NCBI GenBank assembly: GCA_047624355.1
Contig: JBLHPQ010000003.1
Location: 31,747-95,746, forward strand
Source of the DNA: Flavobacteriaceae bacterium
GTDB lineage: Bacteria; Bacteroidota; Bacteroidia; Flavobacteriales_D; Crocinitomicaceae
Length of the DNA stretch: 64,000 bases
Direction: 5' to 3'
Each line of letters starts with the position of its first letter. The stretch's first letter is position 1. The position numbers were made by a program, and so were the translations under genes. Below, in pieces: positions 46,859-58,704 of the stretch. A model generated the notes under the pieces. It was not told where the DNA came from. It saw only the letters and a program-made list of their open reading frames with translations, and searched no databases.

Positions 46859-47050
46859 CTATTTTTCTTCTGAATCCGTAGTAGATGCAGTTTTTGCTGC
46901 GTCTTCTGGCTTTGAAGCTTCCTTGAAATCTTTCATTCCTTTTCCAAGGCCTTTCAAAAGTTCAGGGATTTTTTTCCCACCAAACAACAATAATGCTACA
47001 ACTAAAATGGCTATCACTTGCCAAGGACCGAAAACTCCTAAAATCATCAT
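46859..47050 (-). CDS. tatA: twin-arginine translocase TatA/E-family subunit
   Basis: 63 aa. A TM helix plus amphipathic helix are present (GPWQVIAILVVALLLFGGKKIPELLKGLGKGMKDFK). Confidence 0.85.
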   Translation of the reverse strand: MMILGVFGPWQVIAILVVALLLFGGKKIPELLKGLGKGMKDFKEASKPEDAAKTASTTDSEEK

Positions 47051-47152
47051 TTCTAATTTGTTTTGGATACAAAGTTACTTAATATGACCGAGACACTCGA
47101 CTTTTTGGATAAAAGCCTTGGTAAACGGTCTATAAAAGATGTTAAATCCTGG

Positions 47153-49978
47153 TTACTTCAATTTACGTGCAACTTCAACTTCTTCATATGCTTCGATGAC
47201 ATCGCCTTCTTGCATATCGTCGAATTTGTCAACATTCAATCCACATTCGTAGTTATTTTTCACTTCTTTCACGTCGTCTTTGAATCGTTTTAATGATCCT
47301 AGCGTTCCAGTGTGAACTACAATTCCATCTCGAATTACACGAATCTTAGATGAGCGTTTGATCGTACCACTTAGTACAAAGCAACCTGCAATTGTACCTA
47401 CTTTAGTGATATTGAAGACCTCTCTAATTTCAGCAGAACCTAATATTTTCTCCTCAATATCTGGAGAAAGCATTCCTTCCATTGCCGCTTTAATTTCATC
47501 AATTGCCTTGTAGATAACTGAATAAAGACGAACATCAATTTGCTCTGAATCCGCTAATCGACGTGCACCTAGTGTAGGCCGAACTTGGAAACCAAGAATT
47601 ACAGCATCAGATGCTGATGCCAAGTTGACATCTGCTTCAGAAATTGCCCCAACTCCCTTGTGAATAATATTCACTTGGATTTCCTCCGTTGATAAGTTCA
47701 ATAATGAATCAGCAAGTGCTTCAATAGATCCATCAACATCACCTTTTACGATTACATTCAACTCCTTGAAGTTTCCGATTGCCAAACGACGACCGATCTC
47801 ATCAAGGGTAATATGTTTAGTAGTTCGAAGACCTTGCTCACGATAGAGTTGCTCTCTTTTCACTGCAATAGACTTCGCTTCACGCTCATCATCTAAGATA
47901 TAAAACTTATCTCCTGCTGATGGTGCTCCGTTTATACCAAGTATAGATACCGGCATTGATGGAAGTACGACATCCAATGATTTTCCATGCTCATCATGCA
48001 TTGCTCGAACCTTACCACTGTATCTACCTGCCAAGATCACATCTCCCACTTTCATGGTTCCTGATTCAACAAGTACATTCGTAAGGTATCCTTTTCCTTT
48101 ATCCAAAGAAGATTCAAGAACAGTTCCCAATGCACTCTTGTTTGGGTTTGCTTTTAAATCAAGCATTTCTGCCTCTAACAATACCTTATCCAAGAGGAGG
48201 TCGATATTTTGATTCATTTTCGCTGAAATCTCTTGGCACTGGTATTTACCACCCCATTCTTCAACGAGTATATTCATTGCTGAAAGTTGCTCTTTGATTT
48301 TATCAGCGCTAGCTCCTGGTTTATCTATCTTATTGATAGCGAAAATCATAGGAACGCCTGCCGCTTGAGCATGTGATATTGCCTCTTTTGTCTGCGGCAT
48401 CACATCATCATCCGCTGCGACAATAATAATTGCAACATCTGTTACTTGAGCACCACGTGCACGCATTGCAGTAAAGGCTTCATGACCTGGAGTATCAAGG
48501 AATGTCATGTTTCTTCCATCCTTCAATACAACATTGTATGCTCCAATATGCTGTGTGATTCCACCGGCCTCACCTTCCGTAACGTTTGCATCTCTAATTC
48601 TATCGAGCAGAGAAGTCTTACCGTGATCGACATGTCCCATTACGGTAATAATTGCCGATCTAGGCAATAAATCTTCTTCTCTATCCTCTTCAATTGGAAT
48701 AGACTCTTGTACTTCAGCACTTACAAATTCAGTCTCATAACCGAATTCTTCTGCAATAATTTGAATCGTTTCAGCATCCAATCGTTGATTGATCGATGCA
48801 AAGATTCCTAGTGTCATACAGGCAGAAATAATCTCTGTTGAACTTGCGTTCATCATTGTTCCCAGCTCAGAAACCGTAACGAATTCTGTAAGCTTCAACA
48901 CTTTATCCTCGTATGCAGCTGCGATTTCCTCAGCCTCTCTACGCAACGCACCTGTTTCTCTCTTAGAACGACGGTTTTTCGAAGCTTTCGATTTACCACC
49001 TTTATTAGAAAGTCGTGCGAGTGTATCTTTAATTTCTTTTTGAATATCCGCCTCAGTAATTTCAGGCTTATCTGCTCTACTAACTGGCTTCTTAGTCGGG
49101 TTATTTCGTCCTCTTGGTCCCTTTCCGTTCCCAGCATTACTGTTAGGTGTAGTTGGAGATTGTTTCGCAGGATCAATTTTGCGAACTCGTTTTCGTTTCT
49201 TTCTATCAGCGTTCGAGACTCTAGGCTTTTCAACTGGAAGTACAATTTTCCCAATTACATTAGGTCCAGCAAGCTTAGCGCGTTGTACACGAATCGTTTC
49301 TGTCACCTCCTTTGGCTTATCTACAGGCTTTTTCTCAACCTTCTCTTCCGATTTAGGAGCTTCAACCTTTACAGCCGCTTTCACAACAACTGCAGGTTTA
49401 GCTTCAACCTTAGGTGCTTTTGCCTTCTTATCAGGACGTGTCTTAGTATTAATCGAATCAAGATCGATTTTACCTAAAACTTTAACTCCTTTATCATCTT
49501 TCGCAACCGGAGTTGCTTTTTCTTTCTCTTCTGTAGCTGGCGCTTCAACAACTGGGGTTTCAACAACTGGGGTTTCAACAACTGGAGTTTCAACAACTGG
49601 AGTTTCAACAACTGGGGTTTCAACAACTGGAGTTTCAACAACAGCAGGCGCTTCCGCCACAACGACAGGAGCTACAACGACAGGAGCTACAACAGGAGTT
49701 GCTTCCGGCTCCTCTGGAGTTTCTTCAGTTGTTTCCTTGTTATCTCTTAATGAGATTGTTTCTCTTTTTTCTCGAGCAACCGGCTTTTGCTTGGTTTTCT
49801 CTTTTAGGTCGTGGTCTGCAGCAAACTCAGTACTCAACATTTCATATTGTTCCTGCGTCAACTTTAGGTTTGGTGACGGATCAATGTTAACTCCATTGTT
49901 CTCTAGGAACTCTACAATGGTAGTAATACCAACGTTGAATTCTCCTGCTGCTTTTCCTAATCTTACTGGTTTCGCCAT
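47153..49978 (-). CDS. infB: translation initiation factor IF-2
   Basis: The G-domain motif is [13 protein letters not shown] prefer the start at MAKPVRLGK (49978), because the 50167 start would run into nusA. The N-terminal region is low-complexity and Pro/Val/Glu/Lys-rich. Confidence 0.95.
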   Translation of the reverse strand: MAKPVRLGKAAGEFNVGITTIVEFLENNGVNIDPSPNLKLTQEQYEMLSTEFAADHDLKEKTKQKPVAREKRETISLRDNKETTEETPEEPEATPVVAPVVVAPVVVAEAPAVVETPVVETPVVETPVVETPVVETPVVETPVVEAPATEEKEKATPVAKDDKGVKVLGKIDLDSINTKTRPDKKAKAPKVEAKPAVVVKAAVKVEAPKSEEKVEKKPVDKPKEVTETIRVQRAKLAGPNVIGKIVLPVEKPRVSNADRKKRKRVRKIDPAKQSPTTPNSNAGNGKGPRGRNNPTKKPVSRADKPEITEADIQKEIKDTLARLSNKGGKSKASKNRRSKRETGALRREAEEIAAAYEDKVLKLTEFVTVSELGTMMNASSTEIISACMTLGIFASINQRLDAETIQIIAEEFGYETEFVSAEVQESIPIEEDREEDLLPRSAIITVMGHVDHGKTSLLDRIRDANVTEGEAGGITQHIGAYNVVLKDGRNMTFLDTPGHEAFTAMRARGAQVTDVAIIIVAADDDVMPQTKEAISHAQAAGVPMIFAINKIDKPGASADKIKEQLSAMNILVEEWGGKYQCQEISAKMNQNIDLLLDKVLLEAEMLDLKANPNKSALGTVLESSLDKGKGYLTNVLVESGTMKVGDVILAGRYSGKVRAMHDEHGKSLDVVLPSMPVSILGINGAPSAGDKFYILDDEREAKSIAVKREQLYREQGLRTTKHITLDEIGRRLAIGNFKELNVIVKGDVDGSIEALADSLLNLSTEEIQVNIIHKGVGAISEADVNLASASDAVILGFQVRPTLGARRLADSEQIDVRLYSVIYKAIDEIKAAMEGMLSPDIEEKILGSAEIREVFNITKVGTIAGCFVLSGTIKRSSKIRVIRDGIVVHTGTLGSLKRFKDDVKEVKNNYECGLNVDKFDDMQEGDVIEAYEEVEVARKLK
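49544..49648. repeat. 15-bp tandem repeat (6 full units plus 1 degenerate) inside infB
   Basis: TTCAACAACTGG(G/A)GT is repeated head to tail. On the coding strand it encodes (VETPV)n. Confidence 0.9.
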
Positions 49979-50045
49979 AATCGCTTTGTGCGCCTCTCGG
50001 TTATTGTTACTCTTAGCGTGTCTAAATATACTGTTTTGTCCTGAT

Positions 50046-51281
50046 TTACTCGAACTCGGATCGTAGTATTTTAAACACTTCTTTGATGGTTTCCTCTTCG
50101 AGATCTGTTCTCTTTTCAAGTTCTGCCGCCGTAATTTCCAATACTGATTTCGCAGTATCGCATCCAATAGTTTTCAATTCGTCAATGATCCATGATTCGA
50201 TTTCATCTGCAAATTCTTCCAAATCAACATCTTCTATATCAACTTCACCTTCACGATAAACATCCAATTCATATCCTGTCAATCGACCACCCAACTTAAT
50301 GTTGTGACCTCCTTTACCAATCGCAAGTGACACTTGGTCTGGCTTCAAGAATACTTTCGCACGACCTGTTTCTTCATTGATCTCGATAGACGTAATTTTT
50401 GCCGGAGACAATGCACGTTGAATAAACAACTGTGGGTTACTCGTGTAGTTAATTACATCAATATTCTCGTTTCTCAACTCACGAACAATTCCATGAATTC
50501 TAGATCCTTTCATACCAACACAAGCCCCAACTGGATCTACTCTGTCATCGTATGATTCAACAGCTACTTTTGCACGCTCACCTGGTTCACGAACAATACG
50601 TTTGATTGTAATCAATCCGTCAAACACCTCAGGAACTTCAAGTTCAAATAAGCGTTCTAAGAATTCACCAGCAGTTCTAGAAAGAATAATTACTGGGCTG
50701 CTATTACGCATATCAACCTTAGCAACTACCGCACGAATAGATTCGCCTTTCTTAAAGTAATCTGAAGGAATTTGTTCTGATTTAGGAAGCAAAAGTTCAT
50801 TTCCTTCATCATCCAAAACCATGATTTCTTTCTTCCAAACCTGGTAAACTTCACCAGTGATAATGTCACCAATACGTTCCTTGTACAATTTATACAAGTG
50901 ATCTTTCTCAAGCTCCATGATACGAGAGATCAAGTTCTGACGAAGCGAAAGAATATTTCTTCGGCCGAAATCGTTGAACTTAAATTCTTCTGTTACTTCC
51001 TCGCCGATTTCAAAATCAGGTTCAATTTTAATTGCATCATCGTAGGCGATTTCAGTATTTACGTCTTCCACTTCACCGTTATCAACGATTTCTTTATTAA
51101 GGAAGATTTGAACATCACCTTTATCAATGTTTACAATCACATCAATGTGCTCATCTGTGTTGAATTTTTTCTTAAGCATGGCACGAAACACATCCTCAAG
51201 GACGTGCTGCATCGTTTGCTTATCAATATTCTTCAGCTCCTTGAACTCCGAAAATGATTCGATCAATTCTAAACTGTCCAT
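50046..51281 (-). CDS. nusA: transcription termination/antitermination factor NusA
   Basis: 411 aa with S1 and KH domain layout. It sits between rimP and infB. Confidence 0.95.
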   Translation of the reverse strand: MDSLELIESFSEFKELKNIDKQTMQHVLEDVFRAMLKKKFNTDEHIDVIVNIDKGDVQIFLNKEIVDNGEVEDVNTEIAYDDAIKIEPDFEIGEEVTEEFKFNDFGRRNILSLRQNLISRIMELEKDHLYKLYKERIGDIITGEVYQVWKKEIMVLDDEGNELLLPKSEQIPSDYFKKGESIRAVVAKVDMRNSSPVIILSRTAGEFLERLFELEVPEVFDGLITIKRIVREPGERAKVAVESYDDRVDPVGACVGMKGSRIHGIVRELRNENIDVINYTSNPQLFIQRALSPAKITSIEINEETGRAKVFLKPDQVSLAIGKGGHNIKLGGRLTGYELDVYREGEVDIEDVDLEEFADEIESWIIDELKTIGCDTAKSVLEITAAELEKRTDLEEETIKEVFKILRSEFE

Positions 51282-51326
51282 CTTTCTACTGTTTTTTGTT
51301 CGCTTAAATACTTCAAAGTCTCGTTA

Positions 51327-51806
51327 TCACTTAAATGATAAAACAATCTTTGTTTGTCTTATGTCTGCCATTGGAATGATATGATCTTCCACAATGGTTT
51401 CCTTTTTCTTCTTTCCTTCTATTTTTTCCTTCCGCGTCGTCTGAACGGTAATCTGTTCTTCTGTTGCGGCAATCATGGTTCCTTCAATCTTTCCTGAACC
51501 TTCGATCAACTTAACTTTTACGTCACGGCCGATATTTTTTTGGTATTGTGGAAAAACGCGTAAACCTCTATCTAATCCTGCAGACGTAACTGTTAATTCA
51601 AAATCCTCTTCTTCTCGATCCAAGTTGTGTTCCACATTTCGAGAAACGCGAATACAGTCGTCAACAGAAACATTCCCCTCGTACTTGTCAAGCTCTACCT
51701 GGATTACGTTCGCTGGTGAAATGTTTAATTCCACGACAAACAAGCCGTTTCCGAGCTCTTCAATGCGCTCATCAATGAGCCTTAATACTTTCTTTCTACC
51801 TATCAT
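51327..51806 (-). CDS. rimP: ribosome maturation factor RimP
   Basis: 159 aa and first gene of the conserved rimP-nusA-infB operon. Confidence 0.9.
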   Translation of the reverse strand: MIGRKKVLRLIDERIEELGNGLFVVELNISPANVIQVELDKYEGNVSVDDCIRVSRNVEHNLDREEEDFELTVTSAGLDRGLRVFPQYQKNIGRDVKVKLIEGSGKIEGTMIAATEEQITVQTTRKEKIEGKKKKETIVEDHIIPMADIRQTKIVLSFK

Positions 51807-51812
51807 CAGTTA

Positions 51813-51838
51813 CAAAAAGAGGGGACTTCCGTCCCCTC
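51813..51838 (-). terminator. leader hairpin plus U-tract immediately upstream of rimP (candidate attenuator)
   Basis: On the minus strand the sequence reads GAGGGGAC-GGAA-GTCCCCTC, a perfect 8-bp stem, followed by TTTTTGT. The T-run ends 7 nt before the rimP ATG. Confidence 0.5.
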
Positions 51839-51977
51839 ATTCGTTAAATTCTGTATTGAATCCGTGCAAATATACGGGTTTTTTTCAATTTAACAAGTTG
51901 GTTTGCTCATCGTTCTCAATTGCTATGTTTAGATAATCCAAATTGTTTTCCAACCTTTGCATTATAAAACCATTTTG

Positions 51978-52562
51978 ATGTTGATTGAAGTAGAAGATAG
52001 AATTGTCTCCACCCAAATATTTGATCGGAAATTTGTTTGTGATCTCAGCGCCTGCAAAGGCGCCTGCTGTATTCAAGGCGATGCCGGCGCCCCATTATCA
52101 TTAGAAGAGGTATCAATTCTTGAAGATAGTCTGGAAGAAATTAAGCCTTACATGCGCAAGGAAGGTCTGGAGGCAGTTGAAAGCACTGGTGTTTTTTATA
52201 TGGATCAAGACAATGAACCTGTGACTACTTTAGTAAATGATGCAGAATGTGCTTTTGTCTATTTTGATGATCAAGGCAGTACTAAGTGTTCTGTAGAGCA
52301 GGCCCATAGGGAAGGAAAGATTGACTTTAAGAAGCCTATTTCCTGTCATCTTTACCCGATTCGGGTTAAAGAATACACGAAATTTACTGCTTTGAATTAT
52401 GACGAATGGGATATTTGCGCTCCCGCTTGTGCTTGTGGCGACAAATTGGATGTCCCAGTATACAAGTTTCTCAAAGAACCTTTAATCAGGGCATTCGGAG
52501 CTCCTTTTTTCGCAGAGTTAGACGTTGTTGCAGCGGAGCTTAAGAAGCGTGAAGAAAAATAA
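51978..52562 (+). CDS. DUF3109-family Cys-rich protein
   Basis: The start is at MLIEVEDRIVSTQIFDRKFVCDLSACKGACC, the conserved N-terminal Cys motif of this family. Confidence 0.7.
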   Translation: MLIEVEDRIVSTQIFDRKFVCDLSACKGACCIQGDAGAPLSLEEVSILEDSLEEIKPYMRKEGLEAVESTGVFYMDQDNEPVTTLVNDAECAFVYFDDQGSTKCSVEQAHREGKIDFKKPISCHLYPIRVKEYTKFTALNYDEWDICAPACACGDKLDVPVYKFLKEPLIRAFGAPFFAELDVVAAELKKREEK

Positions 52563-52921
52563 AATCCAGAAATTGAGCAAATTGCGACGAGTAGTCATGA
52601 TTTCTTACGCATATTAATTAAGTGTGCCAATTAATATCACTCCAAGAAAGCTAATGGGAAGGCCGTATGCGGGATTGCTGACTGAGGTGATAGCTTGATG
52701 TATTCATCAGTCATTTATGACCCCCACTAACACCCATTCCATACAACATAGCACTGTATTTATGCCTTCAATTTCCACCGTATATTGCCCGGCTAATACC
52801 AACTACTCGGCGTAGTTAGGTGAATCAAGAAGCCGGCTAAGTATCGCTCCGAAAAAGTATGTTCTTCAATTTCAGGATTAAGAGTCACAAATCCCACCGT
52901 TTGTCAGTTTCATCTAAACAC

Positions 52922-52947
52922 AAAAAATCCCCGCAAATGATGCGAGG
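52922..52947 (-). terminator. rho-independent terminator downstream of nrdA
   Basis: On the minus strand the sequence reads CCTCGCA-TCATT-TGCGGGG, a 7-bp stem with one G-U pair, followed by ATTTTTTG. It lies about 30 nt after the nrdA stop. Confidence 0.55.
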
Positions 52948-52978
52948 ACTTTCCATACAATTTAGTTATTAAAAGTTC

Positions 52979-55375
52979 TTAGCTTCCACAAGCTTCACAA
53001 TCTTCTCCGTTCTCAATTGAGCAAGCTGCTATTGCATCTTGTTCAATTTGCTCATGAGTTCTTGCGTCAACGAGTGCTTCAACTTCTTCCTCTTCAACTG
53101 TTTCAACAATTGCTTCTTTATCAATTGTGAACTTAATAGCATCAGTTGCTGCTTTAGTTCTAAGGTAATACATTCCCGTTTTCAATCCTTTTTCCCATCC
53201 GTAGAAGTGCATAGAAGTCAGTTTCCCGAAGTTTGCATTCTCCATGAAGATGTTCAACGATTGAGACTGGCAGATAAATGCTCCACGGTCAGACGCTAAG
53301 TCAATGATTGCTTTTTGTGAAATTTCCCATGCAGTTTTGTATAGGTCTTTCAAGCGTTGAGGAACTTCTTTGATATTTTGAACAGATCCATTTGCCGCCA
53401 TAATCTTCTGACGCATAGTTCCATTCCATAATCCTTCTTTTACCAAATCTTTCAATAAGTGCTTGTTCACGATAATGAATTCACCTGAAAGTACACGTCG
53501 AGTATAAATGTTCGATGTATATGGTTCGAAGCACTCATTGTTTCCAAGAATCTGTGCAGTAGATGCCGTAGGCATTGGAGCAACTAATAATGAATTACGA
53601 ACACCGTGTTCTTTCACTTCCTCTTTCAATACATCCCATTCCCAACGACTTGATGGAGTAACGTTCCACATGTCGAACTGGAAAATTCCTTTTGACACTG
53701 GCGATCCTTTAATCGACTCGTACGGCCCATCTTTTTTCGCAAGATCTTTTGATGCTGTCATTGACGCATAATAGATCGTTTCGAAAATTTCGCTGTTCAG
53801 TTTTCTTGCTTCAGGCGATTCGAAAGGAAGTCCCATTGTAATGAACGTATCTGCCAAACCTTGAACACCTAAACCGATTGGGCGGTGACGCATGTTAGAG
53901 TTACGTGCTTCTTCCACAGGGTAGAAGTTACCGTCAATAATTTTATTTAAGTTCAATGTAGCTTCATACGTTACATCGAAGAGTTTATCGTGATCAAAGG
54001 TCTTGTCCTCAGCTACATATTTAGGAAGTGCCAACGATGCCAAGTTACATACTGCAACCTCATCTGGGGCAGTATATTCAATGATCTCAGTACATAAGTT
54101 CGAAGACTTAATTGTCCCCAAGTTTTGTTGATTCGATTTTGAGTTTGCAGCATCTTTGTACAACATGTACGGTGTCCCTGTCTCAATTTGAGATTCCAAA
54201 ATCTTGAACCAAAGGTCTTGTGCTTTGATCGTTTTTCTTCCTTTTCCTTCGTTTTCGTACTTCGTATACAATGCCTCAAACTCTGCGCCATGAGTATCAG
54301 ACAAACCTTTACATTCGTGTGGGCACATCAATGTCCAATCACCGTTTTCTTTCACACGTTTCATGAATAAATCTGGAACCCAAAGAGCATAAAATAAATC
54401 ACGTGCACGTTGCTCTTCTTTCCCATGATTCTTTTTCAAATCGAGGAAGTCGAATACATCAGCATGCCAGGGTTCGATATAGATTGCGAAAGAACCTTTA
54501 CGTTTTCCGCCACCCTGATCTACGTAACGTGCAGTATCATTAAACACACGAAGCATTGGTACAATACCATTTGATTCGCCGTTTGTTCCTTTGATATAAG
54601 ACCCTTTAGCACGGATATCGTGAATAGCCAAGCCAATTCCTCCAGCAGACTGAGATATTTGCGCACATGATTTCAATGTATCGTAGATACCTTCAATGCT
54701 GTCTTCTTTAGCTGTCAATAGGAAGCAAGATGACATTTGTGGTTTAGGCGTTCCAGAGTTGAATAACGTTGGGGTTGCATGCGTAAACCAACCTTCTGAC
54801 ATCAAGTTGTATGTCTTAATCGCTGCATCGATATCACGCTTGTGAATTCCAACAGAAACACGCATTAGCATGTGCTGTGGACGCTCAGCTATTTGACCTT
54901 CCATTTTTAGTAGGTACGAGCGTGTCAATGTTTTGAATCCGAAATAATCGTAACGGAAATCACGATCATAAATGATGCTAGAATCAAGTCGTTCTTTGTT
55001 CTCCTTAATAATTTGGTAAACCTCATCACTAATTAAAGCAGCTGCCTCATCAGTTTTAGGATCGATGTAGTTGTACATATCTTCAACAACATCTGACCAA
55101 GTTTTCTTTGTTTCCTTGTGCAAATTAGATACCGCGATACGCGACGCAAGCAATGCATAATCTGGGTGATCTATTGTTTTTGCTGCAGCTACTTCGGCTG
55201 CGAGGTTATCTAACTGAGTCGTAGTAACTCCATCAAATAGTCCCTCTATTACTTTCATTGCTACCGCTTCGGGTGATACTAATGGATCTAATCCATAGCA
55301 CATCTTTGCGATACGTGCTGTAATTTTGTCAAATTTTACTGCCTCTTTTCTTCCGTCTCTTTTTACTACGTACAT
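52979..55375 (-). CDS. nrdA: class Ia ribonucleoside-diphosphate reductase alpha subunit
   Basis: 798 aa with an N-terminal ATP-cone ([16 protein letters not shown]), a catalytic core (SNLCTEI) and a C-terminal CxxC tail (CEACGS). Confidence 0.95.
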   Translation of the reverse strand: MYVVKRDGRKEAVKFDKITARIAKMCYGLDPLVSPEAVAMKVIEGLFDGVTTTQLDNLAAEVAAAKTIDHPDYALLASRIAVSNLHKETKKTWSDVVEDMYNYIDPKTDEAAALISDEVYQIIKENKERLDSSIIYDRDFRYDYFGFKTLTRSYLLKMEGQIAERPQHMLMRVSVGIHKRDIDAAIKTYNLMSEGWFTHATPTLFNSGTPKPQMSSCFLLTAKEDSIEGIYDTLKSCAQISQSAGGIGLAIHDIRAKGSYIKGTNGESNGIVPMLRVFNDTARYVDQGGGKRKGSFAIYIEPWHADVFDFLDLKKNHGKEEQRARDLFYALWVPDLFMKRVKENGDWTLMCPHECKGLSDTHGAEFEALYTKYENEGKGRKTIKAQDLWFKILESQIETGTPYMLYKDAANSKSNQQNLGTIKSSNLCTEIIEYTAPDEVAVCNLASLALPKYVAEDKTFDHDKLFDVTYEATLNLNKIIDGNFYPVEEARNSNMRHRPIGLGVQGLADTFITMGLPFESPEARKLNSEIFETIYYASMTASKDLAKKDGPYESIKGSPVSKGIFQFDMWNVTPSSRWEWDVLKEEVKEHGVRNSLLVAPMPTASTAQILGNNECFEPYTSNIYTRRVLSGEFIIVNKHLLKDLVKEGLWNGTMRQKIMAANGSVQNIKEVPQRLKDLYKTAWEISQKAIIDLASDRGAFICQSQSLNIFMENANFGKLTSMHFYGWEKGLKTGMYYLRTKAATDAIKFTIDKEAIVETVEEEEVEALVDARTHEQIEQDAIAACSIENGEDCEACGS

Positions 55376-55467
55376 TGGCGCTTGCGTGTTTTTTTGATTT
55401 TGGTCTTGTTTCGCTTCTATTATTTCTTGTCTTAATACTTCCGATAGTTATCGGAAAGCATCGGCTT

Positions 55468-56442
55468 TTAAAAGTCTTCGTCTAGTGAGAAGTTTTGAGC
55501 TCCGTCGTTATTCAATACTCCTGCTTTTTGGTATTCACCCACTCTCTTTTCAAAGAAGTTCGTTTTCCCTTGGATAGATATCATTTCCATGAAATCGAAA
55601 GGATTAGCGGCATTAAATACTTTAGGGTTTCCAAGCTCCATTAGCAATCGATCCGCAACAAATTCGATGTATTGCGCCATCAAATCGCTGTTCATGCCTA
55701 TCAATTTCACTGGTAATGCTTCAAGAATAAATTCCTTTTCAATCTCAACCGCGTCCAGAATGATCTTCTGCACCTGTTCTTTTGGTAATTTATTCACCAC
55801 GTGTTCGTTGTACAATAAACAAGCGAAATCGCAGTGCAATCCTTCGTCTCTTGAAATCAACTCGTTTGAGAAAGCTAACCCTGGCATTAAGCCACGTTTC
55901 TTTAACCAGAAGATTGAACAGAAAGATCCTGAAAAGAAAATTCCCTCAACAGCAGCGAAAGCAACAAGTCGCTCAGCAAAAGAACCTTCATCAATCCAAC
56001 GTAAGGCCCAATCAGCTTTCACCTTTACGCAGTCCATTGTGTCGAGCGCATTGAACAAGCCTTTCTTCTCTTGGGTATCTTTGATATATGTATCAATCAG
56101 TAACGAATATGTTTCCGAGTGAATGTTTTCAACAGTAATTTGGAATCCATAAAAGAACTTCGCTTCCGTGTACTGAACCTCAGCAAGAAAGTTCTCAGCA
56201 AGGTTTTCGTTTACAATTCCATCAGATGCGGCAAAAAATGCAAGAACGTGTTTTATGAAGTGGCGTTCGTTATCATTCAGCTTATTTTCCCAATCGATAA
56301 GGTCTGGTTGAAGGTCAATTTCTTCAGCCGTCCAGAAGCTTGCTTCCGCTCTTTTGTAAAATGACCAAATGTCATCGTGCTGTATAGGAAAAAGAACAAA
56401 CCGGTTGTTGTTTTCCTCCAAGATTGGTTCTGCTACTGCCAT
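55468..56442 (-). CDS. nrdB: class Ia ribonucleoside-diphosphate reductase beta subunit
   Basis: 324 aa. It has the di-iron ligand motifs ([14 protein letters not shown]) and a C-terminal acidic tail. Confidence 0.95.
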   Translation of the reverse strand: MAVAEPILEENNNRFVLFPIQHDDIWSFYKRAEASFWTAEEIDLQPDLIDWENKLNDNERHFIKHVLAFFAASDGIVNENLAENFLAEVQYTEAKFFYGFQITVENIHSETYSLLIDTYIKDTQEKKGLFNALDTMDCVKVKADWALRWIDEGSFAERLVAFAAVEGIFFSGSFCSIFWLKKRGLMPGLAFSNELISRDEGLHCDFACLLYNEHVVNKLPKEQVQKIILDAVEIEKEFILEALPVKLIGMNSDLMAQYIEFVADRLLMELGNPKVFNAANPFDFMEMISIQGKTNFFEKRVGEYQKAGVLNNDGAQNFSLDEDF

Positions 56443-56895
56443 TGTTTTTAAATTTTTAACTGTATCTATCCCTTTCGAAAAACGTCTTTTCCCGATTTTT
56501 TTTGCTTCGTAAAGTTTATGTTTCCCCTACTTCGAAAACCAGAAATAATACCCGGTCTGTTTCTTCCATTAGAGGTCTACAAAAATTGTCAAAAATCTTA
56601 GGTTAAACAACCTAATTAAATCCACAATTACGCAACGTTATTAACATTCGGATTCTGTATCCCTTTGAGATCAACCTTCCACGCATTTATCAACAGCCTA
56701 ATAAAGATATTCACAGTCTATGGAAGTAGCTTTGTCGATAAATTCAACTCATTCGTCTTTACTCCCTTGTAATCAGCCCTTCATAAAGCGTTCTATAAAA
56801 ATAACGCATTTTACCCCTTGTGTTAACGTGCTTATTTTGCTATTTTCAACACTGCTATGTTGATAGCGTTACCATTAACAGACCAATTCATCACC

Positions 56896-57609
56896 ATGAA
56901 AGAAAACACTTGTTTAAATCGGTTTAGTTTTTTCGGAGATTTAGCCCATTTGGTCTTTCCTCAGGTGTGCATTTCATGCTCAAAAGAGCTCAGTATTTCC
57001 GAAAAAAACATTTGTTCGATTTGTACATCTGAACTTTTGGAAACGAATTTTCACCTTTCCATTGAGCCAACTTCTATGGACAAACTCTTCTGGGGAAGGT
57101 TCGACGTCCATAAAACGTATGCTCATCTCTTTTTTGAGAAGGAAAAATCCTCTCAGCATGTGTTATTTTCACTGAAATATCAAAACAACCCGAACATAGG
57201 ATACTACTTTGGAACAACTATAGGTCGACGTTTGAAAACAATAAGCGCCTTTGATGACATTGATGTGTTTATTCCTGCGCCGCTTCACCCGAAAAAGGAG
57301 TTCTTACGCGGATACAATCAAAGTGAATCTATTGCGAAAGGAATTGGAGACGCCATGAGTATACCTGTGGATCTCAACTCTGTACTACGTTCTAAGCATG
57401 GTTCAACACAAACTAAAAAGAGCAGATTTGAACGATGGGATAACGTACAATCAACCTTTAAGACAAAAAAAACGATCAAAGCATATAAACACATCGTGTT
57501 GGTAGATGACGTTATAACCACTGGCTCTACATTAGAATCCATAGCGCAATCAATTCGCGCCATTCACCCTGAAGTGCGCATTAGTATAGTAACTTTGGCG
57601 ATAAGCTAA
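56896..57609 (+). CDS. comF: ComF-family phosphoribosyltransferase-domain protein
   Basis: The N-terminus carries Cys pairs (CISCSKE..CSIC). The PRTase motif is VLVDDVITTGSTL. I prefer the start at MKENTC. Confidence 0.8.
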   Translation: MKENTCLNRFSFFGDLAHLVFPQVCISCSKELSISEKNICSICTSELLETNFHLSIEPTSMDKLFWGRFDVHKTYAHLFFEKEKSSQHVLFSLKYQNNPNIGYYFGTTIGRRLKTISAFDDIDVFIPAPLHPKKEFLRGYNQSESIAKGIGDAMSIPVDLNSVLRSKHGSTQTKKSRFERWDNVQSTFKTKKTIKAYKHIVLVDDVITTGSTLESIAQSIRAIHPEVRISIVTLAIS

Positions 57610-57620
57610 AAGATCAAGTA

Positions 57621-58667
57621 ATGTCAGAAAAGCGTAAATTTCTAATCGTTGGGGCCGGTCTATCCGGATTAAGTGTTGCACTGCAGCTAATCCGAAAAGG
57701 AGCAGAAGTCACTGTCATTGACAATCAAATTAATCACAGCTCACTCGTTGCGGCCGGAATGATGAATCCTTTGGTGTTTAAACGGATGACAAAGGGTTGG
57801 AGGGTTGATGACTTCATTCCTTATTTGAAAACTTTTTACTCCTCCATCGAAGAAGAAACCAATTCGAGTTTTTTCAGACCAATTCCTATTCGACGAATGT
57901 TTTCCGCTGAAAATGAACGAGAAATGTGGCTCGAACGACAAACTGACAATCGTTTTACGGCCTATATGGAAACGGTGACTGAAGAAGATGAAACGTATGA
58001 TAAAGTGAAAAACGACTTTGGCTCAGGACGGCTAAAGAACACCTATGTTGTAGACGCTGCGGCATTTTTAGCTGCTAGTAAACTATTAGTCGAGCGTCAG
58101 GGAACACTCTTGAATGAGTCGTTTTCATACCAGAATTTAGTCGGCACTACTTATAATAAGGAGCTTTATACAGATGTCATCTTTTGTGAAGGGTATTTGG
58201 GAATCAACAATCCTTGGTTTGATTTTTTACCCTTAGATCCAACAAAGGGGGAACTCTTAACGATTCGTTCGGCACAGCTACCAGAAGATGAATCAATCAA
58301 TCGAAAATGCTTTAATCTTCCAATTGGAAATGGTCAATTCAAAGTTGGTTCTACGATCGATTGGGGAAATCAAACAACGCATACTACGGAAGAAGGGAAG
58401 AAGAAGATACTGAAAAAACTATCTGTTTTGATCGATGAAAAGGTTGAAGTCATTGAGCATCAAGCTGGAGTGCGGCCAGGCTCGAAAGATCGCCGGCCAT
58501 TTATTGGCAGTCACCCTCAACATACTTCTTACCATATTTTTAATGGTTTAGGCTCTAAAGGATATATGCTTGCTCCTCTCTTGTCCGCTGAGTTCGCTAG
58601 TTATCTTCTTGAAGATAGTGTGCTCGATTCAGAAGTTGATCTTTCACGCTTCTACCCGGGCATATAA
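57621..58667 (+). CDS. FAD-dependent oxidoreductase (DAO family)
   Basis: 348 aa with an N-terminal Rossmann motif (FLIVGAGLSGLSVA). Confidence 0.75.
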   Translation: MSEKRKFLIVGAGLSGLSVALQLIRKGAEVTVIDNQINHSSLVAAGMMNPLVFKRMTKGWRVDDFIPYLKTFYSSIEEETNSSFFRPIPIRRMFSAENEREMWLERQTDNRFTAYMETVTEEDETYDKVKNDFGSGRLKNTYVVDAAAFLAASKLLVERQGTLLNESFSYQNLVGTTYNKELYTDVIFCEGYLGINNPWFDFLPLDPTKGELLTIRSAQLPEDESINRKCFNLPIGNGQFKVGSTIDWGNQTTHTTEEGKKKILKKLSVLIDEKVEVIEHQAGVRPGSKDRRPFIGSHPQHTSYHIFNGLGSKGYMLAPLLSAEFASYLLEDSVLDSEVDLSRFYPGI

Positions 58668-58704
58668 TTCGTATATTTGTAATGAATCTAAATAAGATAA
58701 CAAT

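Noticed and set aside
49179-50066. A 295-aa ORF on the + strand, together with several shorter ORFs at 48789-49890 on either strand
   Set aside because: It lies antisense to the infB N-terminal region. Its composition (STTGV repeats) only mirrors the 15-bp coding repeat of IF-2. infB itself is strongly supported.
49979-50167. The longer infB start at 50167
   Set aside because: It would overlap the 3' end of nusA by more than 120 nt and add a basic, non-conserved peptide. MAKPVRLGK at 49978 is a typical IF-2 start.
51475-51936. A 153-aa ORF on the + strand
   Set aside because: It lies antisense to rimP and runs through the rimP leader hairpin. The product is Ser-rich and low in complexity.
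52563-52921. A 360-bp stretch without a gene between the DUF3109 gene and the nrdA terminator
   Set aside because: It contains a direct repeat CCGGCTAA (52789-52796 and 52833-52840) around a 6-bp hairpin (52801-52817). I could not match it to any known RNA (tmRNA, RNase P, SRP, riboswitch cores), and its ORFs are 25 codons or shorter. The evidence is too weak for a claim.
55439-55456. The hairpin TTCCGATA-GT-TATCGGAA between nrdB and nrdA
   Set aside because: It is a real 8-bp inverted repeat, but no U-tract follows it on the coding strand. It is probably an intercistronic stabiliser or processing element of little novelty, and is not annotated as a terminator.
55589-56122. A 177-aa ORF on the + strand
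   Set aside because: It lies entirely antisense to nrdB, whose product has all the di-iron motifs. The ORF translation has no protein-like features.
56443-56895. A possible riboswitch or NrdR operator in the 450-nt region upstream of nrdB
   Set aside because: I looked for a B12-box (GCCACTG or its complement) and for NrdR-box-like palindromes and found neither. The only clear feature is the hairpin TTAGGTT-AAAC-AACCTAA at about 56598-56615, which supports no specific call.
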